This document shows positions 8,341-18,133 of a stretch of 24,849 nt of DNA, in pieces (position 1 is the first letter of the stretch; each line of letters opens with the position of its first letter). The stretch covers positions 1 to 24,849 of the IMG/VR virus record IMGVR_UViG_3300030333_007339, one strand, 5' to 3'. Under the pieces are notes generated by a model. The model was not told the origin of the DNA. It searched no databases and saw only the letters and a list, made by a program, of their open reading frames with translations. The position numbers and the translations under genes were made by a program. Source of the stretch: a virus. Its lineage: Duplodnaviria > Caudoviricetes.

Positions 8341-9096
8341 ATGAAATTTAAAGAATTATATTCATTCGGTTTAGAAGAAGAAAAAGAAGTCGAGAAGACT
8401 CACACCCGAAAAAATAAAAAGACAGGAGAAGAGACTACTGTTACCAAAAGAGTCAAGAAAAAGGTTCCTGTTCAAGTTAGAATCAAACGCCCTTCCAGAA
8501 GGCAGTTGGAGGATGCTGAATTAGAATATTCAGTAGAAATGAGCCGTTGTGTTAAAAAAGGAATTTTAACCAAGGCTATGTTGTATAAAAAATACAGTGA
8601 TACAGGTGGTGTTTGGAGTGAGGATGATGCAAAGGATTACGGAAAGCTTTATAGGGAAATTTTTGATATTCAAAATGAGTATGCTCGTCTTGAAATTATT
8701 GAAAAAAGAAACGAAAAGCAGGAGAAAAAGTTTGAGGAAATCAAGACTAAGCTAGCCGAAACCAAGCGTCAAATAGTAGAAGCGGAATCTGCAATGCAAT
8801 CGCTGTTTGATCATACTGCTGACGTTAAAGCTCAAAACAGGCTTCTTTTATGGTATACCTTGATGCTTACTCATATTCAAAATGAAGATGAAGACGAGCC
8901 AATTCCATATTTTAAAGGAGAAACCTTTGAGGAAAAAATGGAAGATTACTATGTAAAAGAGGATGAGTTAACAGACTTATACGAAGCCATAACAAAGAAA
9001 GTTACTACCATCTTAGCTTTCTGGTTTTTCAATCAAGCTTCAAGTCCAGACGAGTTTAATAAACTTATTGAGGACATGGAAAAAGGTGATCTTTGA
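8341..9096 (+). CDS. Putative tail assembly chaperone
   Basis: Charged, helical 251-aa protein with VQVRIKRPSRRQ strand-turn-helix; lies upstream of the TMP. Confidence 0.5.
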   Translation: MKFKELYSFGLEEEKEVEKTHTRKNKKTGEETTVTKRVKKKVPVQVRIKRPSRRQLEDAELEYSVEMSRCVKKGILTKAMLYKKYSDTGGVWSEDDAKDYGKLYREIFDIQNEYARLEIIEKRNEKQEKKFEEIKTKLAETKRQIVEAESAMQSLFDHTADVKAQNRLLLWYTLMLTHIQNEDEDEPIPYFKGETFEEKMEDYYVKEDELTDLYEAITKKVTTILAFWFFNQASSPDEFNKLIEDMEKGDL

Positions 9097-10082
9097 AGGA
9101 GGAGTTCTATATCTCTCTAATAGGTGAAGCATTTGATGGCTACACCGAGGCAACGATTAATGATAAAGATGTGTTTGTAAAACACATGAATATCAGAGAT
9201 CAAAGATATCTTCACAAGTATTATGAAAAATACAAAGACTTGGCTCTGGCAAAGGGATTAGATACTGAAAAGGAGCGAATAAAATATATTCTTGAGGAGG
9301 GAATATGGTCCGAAGAAGATGACGCAAAAATAGCAGGTATACAATTTGAACTAGAAAATTTAAAAACAACCATTAAAAGTATTTTTCTGCCCTCACAACA
9401 AGAAGTTATGAGGGAAACCATTAAAGAAAGAAGTAATGAGTTAGCCGAGCTAAAGAGCAAAAGGGCGGAAGTTATGGGTAAAACCGCAGAAGATTATGCC
9501 ACAGTTAGAAGCGGAGACGAGATTTTAAGATTTTTATTGTTTAAAAATAGAGAACTTACCGAGCATTTATATACCGAGGAAGAGTTTGGAAATTTAGAGT
9601 CGTGGGAGATCTCTAAGATTACAGAGATTAGTTCTGACATACACTATAGATTAACAGATGCCCGAATACAAGAAGCCGTATTGAGGCCATTTTTCAGCAT
9701 GTATTTATCTTTATGCGAAGATGCGGCGGGGTTTTATAGGAAGCCAATTACTGAGCTTACTATATTTCAGCTAAAAGTAGTTCTTTTTGGAAAGATGTTT
9801 TTTAATATTTTTCAATATACAGAAGATATTCCTGATAACATTAAAGACGATCCAGAACGACTCTTAGCTTATTCGGAGGCCCAAAGAAACAAAGACTCAA
9901 GTAAGTCTAAAAGTGGACTTAGAGATGATGCAGATGTGTCGATGGTTTTTGGTGCTACAAAAGAAGATGTGGAATATCTGGGTGGAGATGCAGAAAAAGC
10001 AAATTTCAGCAAAGAAGCCCAAAAGCATGGTGGAAAGCTGGATATGAAACAAATGATGCGATTAGCTGGGCATGATGTGTAA
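9093..10082 (+). CDS. Putative second tail assembly chaperone (TTG start)
   Basis: 329-aa helical protein directly before the TMP; its TTG overlaps the previous TGA (TTGA). FYRKPITELTIFQ resembles gpT-like chaperone segments. Confidence 0.5.
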   Translation: MKEEFYISLIGEAFDGYTEATINDKDVFVKHMNIRDQRYLHKYYEKYKDLALAKGLDTEKERIKYILEEGIWSEEDDAKIAGIQFELENLKTTIKSIFLPSQQEVMRETIKERSNELAELKSKRAEVMGKTAEDYATVRSGDEILRFLLFKNRELTEHLYTEEEFGNLESWEISKITEISSDIHYRLTDARIQEAVLRPFFSMYLSLCEDAAGFYRKPITELTIFQLKVVLFGKMFFNIFQYTEDIPDNIKDDPERLLAYSEAQRNKDSSKSKSGLRDDADVSMVFGATKEDVEYLGGDAEKANFSKEAQKHGGKLDMKQMMRLAGHDV

Positions 10083-10111
10083 ATCTTTGTGTAAATAAAA
10101 CAAAGGTTTAC
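10079..10111 (+). promoter_or_regulatory. 12-bp hairpin with GTGTAAAT at its apex, upstream of the TMP
   Basis: GTAAATCTTTGT (10079-10090) pairs with ACAAAGGTTTAC (10100-10111, one G:U), loop GTAAATAAA. TGTGTAAAT occurs twice (10076, 10088). The 3' arm holds an SD-like AAGG. Confidence 0.65.
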
Positions 10112-10115
10112 GGAT

Positions 10116-13100
10116 ATGCCACTTCAGATACCAGCAACAGTAACAGGACTAGAAGCCAGCATTCAGGCTGCGGCCAAAAAAGCAGGTAGAAATCTTCAGA
10201 TAAATTTAGGAACAAGCGCCAAAAGCATTGAGGGCTTGTCTCAACCGTTGGGTCGTATCACTGGCAAGGCAGACCAGTTCACCAAGTCCATGGAAGCCGC
10301 CAACGCAAGGGTGTTGGCATTCGGAGCTTCTGTAGGAGTTTTATCAGCCGTCACAAAAGGCTTTAAAGATTTGATCGCTACCACCATTGAGGTGGAGAAG
10401 CAGATGACTGCGATTAACAGCATCTTGGGACAAACTGGTGAACAATTAAATAAATTTAAAAAAGAAATTTTTGATGTAGCTAAAAATACAGAACAGTCTT
10501 TTGATACTGTTGCAAATGCTGCATTAGAACTCAGTCGTCAAGGTTTGAAGGCTGAAGAGGTTCAAAAGAGATTGAATGATGCTCTAATCTTGAGTCGTTT
10601 GTCTGGGCTGGGGGCGGCAGAAGCTGTGGCTGGCCTTACTGCGGCGATTAACTCTTTTAACAGAGAGGGAGTAACAAGCGCAGAAGTTCTCAACAAGCTT
10701 TCGGCGGCTGCTGTAAGCGCAGCGGTTTCGGAAAGAGACTTGATTGAGGGCATTAAGCGTTCGGGAGCGGTTGCTATTCAGGCTGGAGTTAGTTTGGATG
10801 AATTGGTTGGTGTGATCACTGCTGTTCAAGAAAAGACTGCCCGAGGAGGTGCGGTCATTGGTAACTCCTTCAAAACAATTTTCACAAGGATACAAAGCAT
10901 TGACAAGTTACGGACAATGCAAAATCTTGGAATTCAAATTAGTGACGTTTCTGGAAACGTGCTAAGCGGAACTCAATTAATTCAAAATCTTGCTAAAGCT
11001 TTAGAAAACTTTCCTGACGCACGAAGACTACAAATTGCTGAGAACCTAGTTGGCAAGTTCCAGATTGCCCCATTTTTGGCGATCCTTGATGATTATAGTC
11101 AAAAAACTTCTACAGCGATTAAGGTCACTGAAATCGCAGCGGCAGCAACTAATGAGGCTTATGGTCGAAATATTGCTCTCAACGAAACTCTATCAACTGC
11201 TATTAACCAAGCAACAGTCAATCTTAAAGAACTGGCGAATACTCTTGGTGAAATTGGCGTAACAGACAGCTTGAAGAATATCCTTGGTTTCTTTAACTCT
11301 CTAGTGAGTAACATTAAAGACGTTTTAGAAGGCGAGGGTCTAGGCAGTGATTTAGCGCGAGGTATTGTTAAGGGCATTAGTAATGTTCTTAGTGGACCTG
11401 GATTAGCTATCTTTGGTGCTATTATTGCAAAGTTAACTATTGATCTGGTCAAATTTGGAACTACTTCGTTACAAACTTTCTTTGGCTTAAATAAGACAGC
11501 AAAAGACCTTGCTGCTACACAGGGACAAATAGCATCCACCCTTTTAAACAATAAGGGTATTCAGCAACAAATTTTATCTATTGAAAATAGCACGTTAACC
11601 ACAGAGCAGAAACGTGTGGCTCAAACTAAGTTTTTTACAGTTGCTTTAAATGAACAGCTAGCAACAATGGTTAAGATGCAGGGTATTGCATCTCGTATAA
11701 CTCCTGGGGTTGTAGCGGGGACAAGAGGTGCGCGGGCGAGGCGAGGAGCGATGGGCTTTATTCCTAATTACAACCAAGTTAGGGGTTATGGAGGAGATTC
11801 TCCTCAGATGGCAAGATTGGCTGAACAAAGAGATATTAACAGGGGAGTAGGTGGAGCACCATCAGATGCTCGCCCCGTAACCATTCCCAACTTTGCTTTT
11901 GGCGCTGGAGAGAAAGGGACAATGATCGCTAATACTAGCGAATTTGTAGTTCCTAATTATGCGGGTGGAGGTTCAGCAATTTTTACTCAAGAAATGGCTC
12001 AAACCACAGGTCTTCCTGCGGGAGCGAGAAGAGTTGGTGCTGGAGCAGCGGGGTATATTCCTAACTTTGCAAGGGTTAGAAGTGTAGCCGATTATACCAA
12101 GGCTTTAAGAGGGCAAAGCCAGTCAGTCATTGAGGCTGCTGCTAAAAAATCAAGAGATCCTCGCAGACAGCAAGCTGCAATAGGTTTACTTGGAGCCAGC
12201 ACCGTTTTAAATGTCCCCGCTGAAAGATATGGGGTAGCTGCCCTATTCCCATCAAAGGTTACAGATACGGCCAGTATGAATATCACTGGCGAAAAAAGCC
12301 TTGGTGCTAGATTGCTTCAAAGAAGGGGTGTTACAAACCTTCAATTCAGCGGAATCCAGATAAGGAGTTTGCAGGATATGCAAAAGAACCAAAAAGGAGG
12401 CATGAATCCTTCGGAGAACCGAAGAAAAATAGGAAGACATTTTGCCTCAGGTCTTTTAAAGTATGGTTCTGATCTTGTAGGTAAAACTTTTAAAAACGAT
12501 GAGCTTACCAAAATAAAAGGAAAGCTTGGATCAATAGCGAGCAAAGGAGGATCTTCTGCTTTATTCTCAAGTTCAGTCGAGGGTGGAATTTTTGAATCGG
12601 CAGTGAACTTGGTTACCAAGGGAGCGGCTGCGATAGATGAATTCAAGAGTCATGTCGGGGAAAGAGCGCCTTTTGATTTTGAAGAAGGTGGAACCGCTGA
12701 TAATGCATTCAAACGTTCATTTGGTTTTTCTAATGCTTTGCAAAGAGCAGACGCAAAAAGAACAGCATCAAACGATGCCGTCAGAACCATAATTTCTAAA
12801 GCACTTAATGACCGAAAAGAAACTTCTTACATTTTATCCTTAGCTCGAAAAGATCCAAACAAAAGATTTGGAGTAAAAAGAGCGGCGGGTGGTTTCATTC
12901 CGAATTATAGCGCAAGTCCATTGCAGGATGCGATACAAAGAGAGTCTGCCGCAGGGGTTCCAGTTAATCAGATAAGAGTAAATCAAGACGCAACTCTTAG
13001 AAATTCTCGAAACCCAATGGGCTTAGCTGTCACGAATATGCGTGACGAACCCACAGGTGCAATTCCAAACTTTGCCAGAGGAAGAGGGGGTGATGCGGGA

Positions 13101-16100
13101 ATGGACGCAGGATTTGGCGGCTTCATGACCAAGTTGCTCGTTCTTCAAGGGGCTTTTGGCATGTTGTCTGGAGTTCTGGGAGAGGTTACTGAGAAAAACC
13201 AAATGGTAGCCGCGACCATGCAAGCTCTAAATATTGCCATGATTGCGTTTATGGGCAGTCAGGCACTTGGAGGGATGGGCAACATTGGACGAAATCTAAT
13301 CGGAAGGGGAACCGTTGGTGGAAGGACTGGCTCGCAGATTATGACTGGGGGAAGAAATCAACTACGAGGCAGTAGGTTTGATCTTCGTAATGCTAGAGGG
13401 GCTTTAGGTCAAGGCAAAATTGGAACAGCGGCAAGATTGGGAGGTAGAGGTGCAATGAGTGCGATTATGGGACCGCTAAGAATGGTTGGTGGTGCATTGT
13501 TAAGGTTTGCTGGTCCTGTGGGACTTGCTGCTGGTGCTGTAATGGGTGCAGTAAAAATATTCAATATGATACGAGATGCTAATGCGGGAACGGCTGCCGA
13601 ATACAAAAGAGGCGCTGATTTAATTGCAGATTCATCAAAAAGAGCAGCTAAAGAATTAAGCGAACTAAAAGTCCCCCAAGAATTTAAAGAAGGTCTAAAA
13701 CAGAGAGCAGAAGAAGTTAAAGAAAGAACTAGGGGCAGGATAGGTAAAACTGGTATTGCAGATATATCTAACAAAGCTGAACAGAAACAATTAGATCAAA
13801 CATCTGAACTAATTCAGCAAGCCGTTCTAGCTGGAAGATCTGAAGAAGATATAAATAAAGTATTAGAAGCTTTTAGGAAAGAAGCTGGAACGACCACCAG
13901 AAGAGTTACATCAATGTATGGTGGCCCTTCTACTATTACAACTCAAAATAAATTAACTATGCAGCAAGCGCGGGATAGAAGAACCGCGCTTGCCAATTTA
14001 TCAAAAGTTGATGTATCAGGAATACAACAACAATTAATTAATCAGGTCAGTCCTCAAGACCGAGCAAGACTTGCTTCACTAGGAAGGGCGAGGGCATTTG
14101 CAGAGAGTCAAGGAAAGACACTGAGTAGCTTCGGGGGAGCCTTTGATCCAATGGGGGGTAAACAAGGAATGGGTCAGATGGTTGGAGGAGAAACAACTGG
14201 AATAGTTGCTTCACTTGCTGCACAATTTGAAAAAGGAGCTAAAGAAAGAGGGATTACTCTTCAAAAAGGATCAGCAAGAGCAATGGCTGAACAAATGCTG
14301 GAACAAGAAACGAAGAAAGGAGATACAAAATTAGAGCGTATAGCTCAGATGAGGGCAGATATTGCCCAAGCTCAATTAACTACTGAGCTTAAAATTAATG
14401 AAATTAAATCTCAGAGAATTTCCCAAAGTGAAAAAGACTTAGCTACAGGACAGGCTTTAAACACTCTTAGTGCTAAAGGCTTGCTTGATTTGCAGAAAAA
14501 AATATCCCTTGAGGGTAATAGCAAAAAATTAAATATAGATATTGGAGCGCAGGTTATAAAACAAATTAATGCCAGCGACCAGTTAGAGGTAAGCGAAGAA
14601 CAGAGAAATAAAATTAGGGAAAAAATTCAGTCAATGAGTGCTGAAGATTTACAGGACTCAGATAAAAGAAAAGAACTTTTTGCTGAAATTCTAAAACTGG
14701 CTGAAGCGGAAGGCGGTGAGGCTACAGAGCTAAATAAGGTCTTTGAGTCCATGATAACCAACTTAATTCGCCAAAAAGAAGAAAGGGATAAAAACATAGA
14801 AGCTGGGTTTAAGCAGAAGAAACTAGATCAAGAAACTCTTGATATTTTAAAGGAGACAAGGGCAGAGCTTACTTTGGCAGCGAGAAAAGAAGCCTTTGAT
14901 AAAACGACCAAAAGCGCAAGAAGGAGAATTCAAATTGAAACCGAATTAAGCCAAGTAAGGAATCGAGGTCAAAGAGGAGCAGATCCAGTAACAACTAGAA
15001 GACAAGAAGTAAAACTTCTTAACGAATTAAAAGATTTAGAGATATCGGATGAGCAAATAAAAGCCGTAAAGGATGCCAACACAGAAGTTCAAAACTTTTT
15101 AAAGACTTTTAAAGGTCTTTCTGGCGGTTTTGAAACAATTAATGCAATTCTCACAAATGAAAATATACCCGAGCTTGCTCGTTTGGAAAAAGTTCAGGAG
15201 AGATTAAAAAGTCCAGACGAGTTGGGGATAGACCTCACAAACGAAGACCAATCAATTGCATTTAAGAACTTAGTTCAAGCTATTACCGAAGCAATCGTCA
15301 ATCTGCAAACAAGTGGTTTAGCAGCCGAAGGAGCTAAAGGTATAAACAATACAAGCATTGACTTGGCTGACAATTTCAAAAATTTAAGCCGACTGTTAAG
15401 TGATTTTTCTCAAAGCTTGCGCCAAGCAACAGAACAACTAAAATTTGACTTTTTGTTTGCTAGGTCTGGTTCCGATATGATTTCGACTTTGAACAGGATG
15501 CTCGAAACAAATGAGAGGAGAGAGGGAAGTGGAAGCTCTGGAGATACAGCTAGGGCAACAGCCAATGCGGTTCTAAGAGAAAGAGAGGATCGAAAATTCC
15601 TTAGCAGAACTCGCGCAGGTAGAAGATCTATTGAGAGAGAGGATGATGTTGTTCGCCAACAGATGGAACTCCAAATTGAACTTGCCGATGCAATGAAGGC
15701 GGAAGGGGTTGATTCTGAAAAAGTAAGACAAATTAAGGAACAAATACTTCAACTAGAAAAAGAGCGTTTAGAAGTTAATGACAGTCTTGCCGCAAAGATG
15801 GAAGACGCTTTTGTCTTTAGTCAGGCTGAGATTCAAAACACCTTGACTGACGGATTGGTTAGATCTGCAACTTCATTTACTAATAAAATTTCAGATGGTC
15901 TCGTAGATGCCATTGCAAAAGGAGAGGACTTAGGTTCCACGTTGAGAAAAGCTGCCGCCGATTTCTTCTTGGATATGGCTCGCGCTAACATGAGAGCCGC
16001 AATGCAAAACTTTACTTCTGGTATTGGAATGTCTTTCCTTAATAGGAATAAAGGAGGAATGATAAATGGAGGTTCTGGAGTTCGTGACGATATTCCAACT

Positions 16101-17327
16101 ATGCTTACAGGTGGAGAGTTTGTAATGAATAGGGGGGCTGTAGAAAGATATGGACCCGACTTTATGGCTGCTCTTAACAGAGGGGCAATCCAAACAATGC
16201 AAGGAGGAGGGTTGTTTACCCCAGGAAGTTTTGGACAAGGGGCTATCAGTGGCTCAAGAGCCTTGTTGAGTTTTTCAACTCAGTATGGAACATCAGGATT
16301 TAGAGATGAGATAGTTAGCGGCAATGATTTTGCTGGAATAGCTTTAGAACCACAAAGCGTAAGGATGACAAGAAGGGCTATAGCTAGAGACCCAGCATCT
16401 AGAAGAGAACAACAATCTAAACAGGAAGCCTTTGGAGCTTACTCTCAGCATTACCAAGCTCTACAACAGTATGAAGAACAAAAGAAGGCACAAAGAAAGG
16501 CTCTCTTGGGTTCCATAGGAATGGCTGTCTTAAGTGCGGGAATTGGTTCTTTTGCCAAAGGTTTTGGTGAGGCTCGCGCCGCAGGAGCGGGATATGGAGA
16601 GGCATTTAAATCTGGCTTTACGGGATTTGAATTTAGGGGAGAAAAGTTTGGTGGTCTTGGCGGAATATTTAGGGGTAGACCTGAAGGTCCAGCCCCATCC
16701 GATTTATTCTTTAAAAGAAAAGACGGGAGCATTGGAATGCGTGACCCTAGCACCTTCAGTAGAGCGGGTGGAGTTGGACAGGGAATGTTCAGCATGACGG
16801 GAGGTGGTGTTCAAATGGGGCAAGGATTCAATCAAAGATTCAATAATCCTAACTCTCCAGCGCCTCTTCCGCAAGACGATCTCTTGCGAGAGGCTTTATG
16901 GAATGAGAGGTTACAAGACATAATACATGGCGGTCCAGTGCCAAATCCCTTTGGTTTAGCTACAGGAGGTTCCGTTCCTTATGCCGCAGGAGTAGACACG
17001 GTTCCAACAATGTTGTCGGGTGGTGAGTTTGTAATGAACGCCGCTGCTACACAAAACATCGGTAGAGGAAACTTGGCTGCATTGAATTCTGGAGCAGGAG
17101 GAGACAACGGAGAGGTAGTCAATAGACTTGATGAACTTATTGATGTTTCTGAAAATCGAGGAGAAAGCACTATTAATATTACTGTCAATTCAGACGGCTC
17201 AACAGAGCAAGACGGCAACGGTAGTGATAGAGAACAATCCTTGGCAGTCAGAATTAGAGATGTTGTAAGACAAGTTATTGATGAAGAGAAGAGACTTGGA
17301 GGATCATTAAGACAAGCTAACGCATAA
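10116..17327 (+). CDS. Tail tape measure protein (2403 aa) with inserted domains
   Basis: N-terminal TP901-family/PhageMin_Tail-like region (ELSRQG, GAVIGNSFKTIFTRI), hydrophobic Gly/Ala segments and long coiled coils. Two DxxPTMLxGGEFVMN motifs; C-terminus VRQVIDEEKRLGGSL. Confidence 0.92.
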   Translation: MPLQIPATVTGLEASIQAAAKKAGRNLQINLGTSAKSIEGLSQPLGRITGKADQFTKSMEAANARVLAFGASVGVLSAVTKGFKDLIATTIEVEKQMTAINSILGQTGEQLNKFKKEIFDVAKNTEQSFDTVANAALELSRQGLKAEEVQKRLNDALILSRLSGLGAAEAVAGLTAAINSFNREGVTSAEVLNKLSAAAVSAAVSERDLIEGIKRSGAVAIQAGVSLDELVGVITAVQEKTARGGAVIGNSFKTIFTRIQSIDKLRTMQNLGIQISDVSGNVLSGTQLIQNLAKALENFPDARRLQIAENLVGKFQIAPFLAILDDYSQKTSTAIKVTEIAAAATNEAYGRNIALNETLSTAINQATVNLKELANTLGEIGVTDSLKNILGFFNSLVSNIKDVLEGEGLGSDLARGIVKGISNVLSGPGLAIFGAIIAKLTIDLVKFGTTSLQTFFGLNKTAKDLAATQGQIASTLLNNKGIQQQILSIENSTLTTEQKRVAQTKFFTVALNEQLATMVKMQGIASRITPGVVAGTRGARARRGAMGFIPNYNQVRGYGGDSPQMARLAEQRDINRGVGGAPSDARPVTIPNFAFGAGEKGTMIANTSEFVVPNYAGGGSAIFTQEMAQTTGLPAGARRVGAGAAGYIPNFARVRSVADYTKALRGQSQSVIEAAAKKSRDPRRQQAAIGLLGASTVLNVPAERYGVAALFPSKVTDTASMNITGEKSLGARLLQRRGVTNLQFSGIQIRSLQDMQKNQKGGMNPSENRRKIGRHFASGLLKYGSDLVGKTFKNDELTKIKGKLGSIASKGGSSALFSSSVEGGIFESAVNLVTKGAAAIDEFKSHVGERAPFDFEEGGTADNAFKRSFGFSNALQRADAKRTASNDAVRTIISKALNDRKETSYILSLARKDPNKRFGVKRAAGGFIPNYSASPLQDAIQRESAAGVPVNQIRVNQDATLRNSRNPMGLAVTNMRDEPTGAIPNFARGRGGDAGMDAGFGGFMTKLLVLQGAFGMLSGVLGEVTEKNQMVAATMQALNIAMIAFMGSQALGGMGNIGRNLIGRGTVGGRTGSQIMTGGRNQLRGSRFDLRNARGALGQGKIGTAARLGGRGAMSAIMGPLRMVGGALLRFAGPVGLAAGAVMGAVKIFNMIRDANAGTAAEYKRGADLIADSSKRAAKELSELKVPQEFKEGLKQRAEEVKERTRGRIGKTGIADISNKAEQKQLDQTSELIQQAVLAGRSEEDINKVLEAFRKEAGTTTRRVTSMYGGPSTITTQNKLTMQQARDRRTALANLSKVDVSGIQQQLINQVSPQDRARLASLGRARAFAESQGKTLSSFGGAFDPMGGKQGMGQMVGGETTGIVASLAAQFEKGAKERGITLQKGSARAMAEQMLEQETKKGDTKLERIAQMRADIAQAQLTTELKINEIKSQRISQSEKDLATGQALNTLSAKGLLDLQKKISLEGNSKKLNIDIGAQVIKQINASDQLEVSEEQRNKIREKIQSMSAEDLQDSDKRKELFAEILKLAEAEGGEATELNKVFESMITNLIRQKEERDKNIEAGFKQKKLDQETLDILKETRAELTLAARKEAFDKTTKSARRRIQIETELSQVRNRGQRGADPVTTRRQEVKLLNELKDLEISDEQIKAVKDANTEVQNFLKTFKGLSGGFETINAILTNENIPELARLEKVQERLKSPDELGIDLTNEDQSIAFKNLVQAITEAIVNLQTSGLAAEGAKGINNTSIDLADNFKNLSRLLSDFSQSLRQATEQLKFDFLFARSGSDMISTLNRMLETNERREGSGSSGDTARATANAVLREREDRKFLSRTRAGRRSIEREDDVVRQQMELQIELADAMKAEGVDSEKVRQIKEQILQLEKERLEVNDSLAAKMEDAFVFSQAEIQNTLTDGLVRSATSFTNKISDGLVDAIAKGEDLGSTLRKAAADFFLDMARANMRAAMQNFTSGIGMSFLNRNKGGMINGGSGVRDDIPTMLTGGEFVMNRGAVERYGPDFMAALNRGAIQTMQGGGLFTPGSFGQGAISGSRALLSFSTQYGTSGFRDEIVSGNDFAGIALEPQSVRMTRRAIARDPASRREQQSKQEAFGAYSQHYQALQQYEEQKKAQRKALLGSIGMAVLSAGIGSFAKGFGEARAAGAGYGEAFKSGFTGFEFRGEKFGGLGGIFRGRPEGPAPSDLFFKRKDGSIGMRDPSTFSRAGGVGQGMFSMTGGGVQMGQGFNQRFNNPNSPAPLPQDDLLREALWNERLQDIIHGGPVPNPFGLATGGSVPYAAGVDTVPTMLSGGEFVMNAAATQNIGRGNLAALNSGAGGDNGEVVNRLDELIDVSENRGESTINITVNSDGSTEQDGNGSDREQSLAVRIRDVVRQVIDEEKRLGGSLRQANA

Positions 17328-18133
17328 TGTATGGATCAACGGCAAATTACGATGCTCACTTTTTCGTTTCTGGGCAGGGAGGAGAACTAGCAGCTAGGGA
17401 GTTGTCAGGGGTTGAGTCGATAGATATAGGTTACAACAATAACGCAAGAACTACTAACCCACTTGGATACAAAAACGGTTTTACTGTTATTGGTGGAGCA
17501 ACCTCTCAGACTGTTTCTTTTTCTCGTCGTTTAATTTATGATGATCCCGTTTTGTTTTTTACGGGTGAGCATGTCATGAAGGGTAGTTTTAATTATAATA
17601 ACAACGCCTCATATGGTTTTGAAAGTGGTTACTTAAATAGCTATTCTGTTAACTGTGCGGTTGGAAATGTTCCTCAAGTAAATGCCAACTTTACTGTTTA
17701 TGGGGAAATGGCAAGCGGAATAAATGCCACTGGAACAACAAATACAAACATTTTTGTTCCGAGTCAGGGTTCAATTACTGCTATCTGTGATAATAGCACG
17801 ACAAATCGAGTTATAGGGTTTGATTACTCATTAAGAACAAATAAAAAGCCCTACTACACGATAGGATTTGAAGATCCCGTTAGCGTTAAACATATTCCTC
17901 CAATTTCGTATACAGCTAGCGTTCAGATAGAGGTGGATGATACTTTTTTAGAAAGCGGGTATAATTTTTTAGGAGAAAAAATAGACAGAACTGTAACATT
18001 CACAATAAAAGGAAGAGACGGGACAACACTTCAGTCGCTGAATATTCCAAACGCTTCTTTGGTTGGTGAACAGTTAAATTCTACTGCTGCGGGAAATGCT
18101 CGTTTAACTCTTAACTATATAGGTCATCAATGA
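17327..18133 (+). CDS. Tail-tip protein, tail tube paralog
   Basis: ELSGVESIDIGY and YSVNCAVGNVPQVNANF align by eye with the tube's QLERVQSANYSY and YSVDLSVGALPTVSVTM. TAATG-coupled to the TMP. Confidence 0.6.
   Translation: MYGSTANYDAHFFVSGQGGELAARELSGVESIDIGYNNNARTTNPLGYKNGFTVIGGATSQTVSFSRRLIYDDPVLFFTGEHVMKGSFNYNNNASYGFESGYLNSYSVNCAVGNVPQVNANFTVYGEMASGINATGTTNTNIFVPSQGSITAICDNSTTNRVIGFDYSLRTNKKPYYTIGFEDPVSVKHIPPISYTASVQIEVDDTFLESGYNFLGEKIDRTVTFTIKGRDGTTLQSLNIPNASLVGEQLNSTAAGNARLTLNYIGHQ

Noticed and set aside
9075-9100. Classic lambda G/GT-type -1 frameshift between the two chaperone ORFs (G GAA AAA near 9079-9084)
   Set aside because: The -1 frame has TGA at 9087-9089, after the A-run and before the second ORF, so a shift there terminates. 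A TTGA-coupled restart is simpler.
9082-9127. prfB-like +1 frameshift context (AAAGGT GAT CTT TGA)
   Set aside because: The +1 frame gives only ~11 codons (FEGGVLYLSNR*) and does not enter the downstream gene; probably coincidental.
10241-17218. Many short antisense ORFs inside the TMP
   Set aside because: Expected reverse-frame shadows of an Ala/Gly/Glu-rich gene; no motifs.
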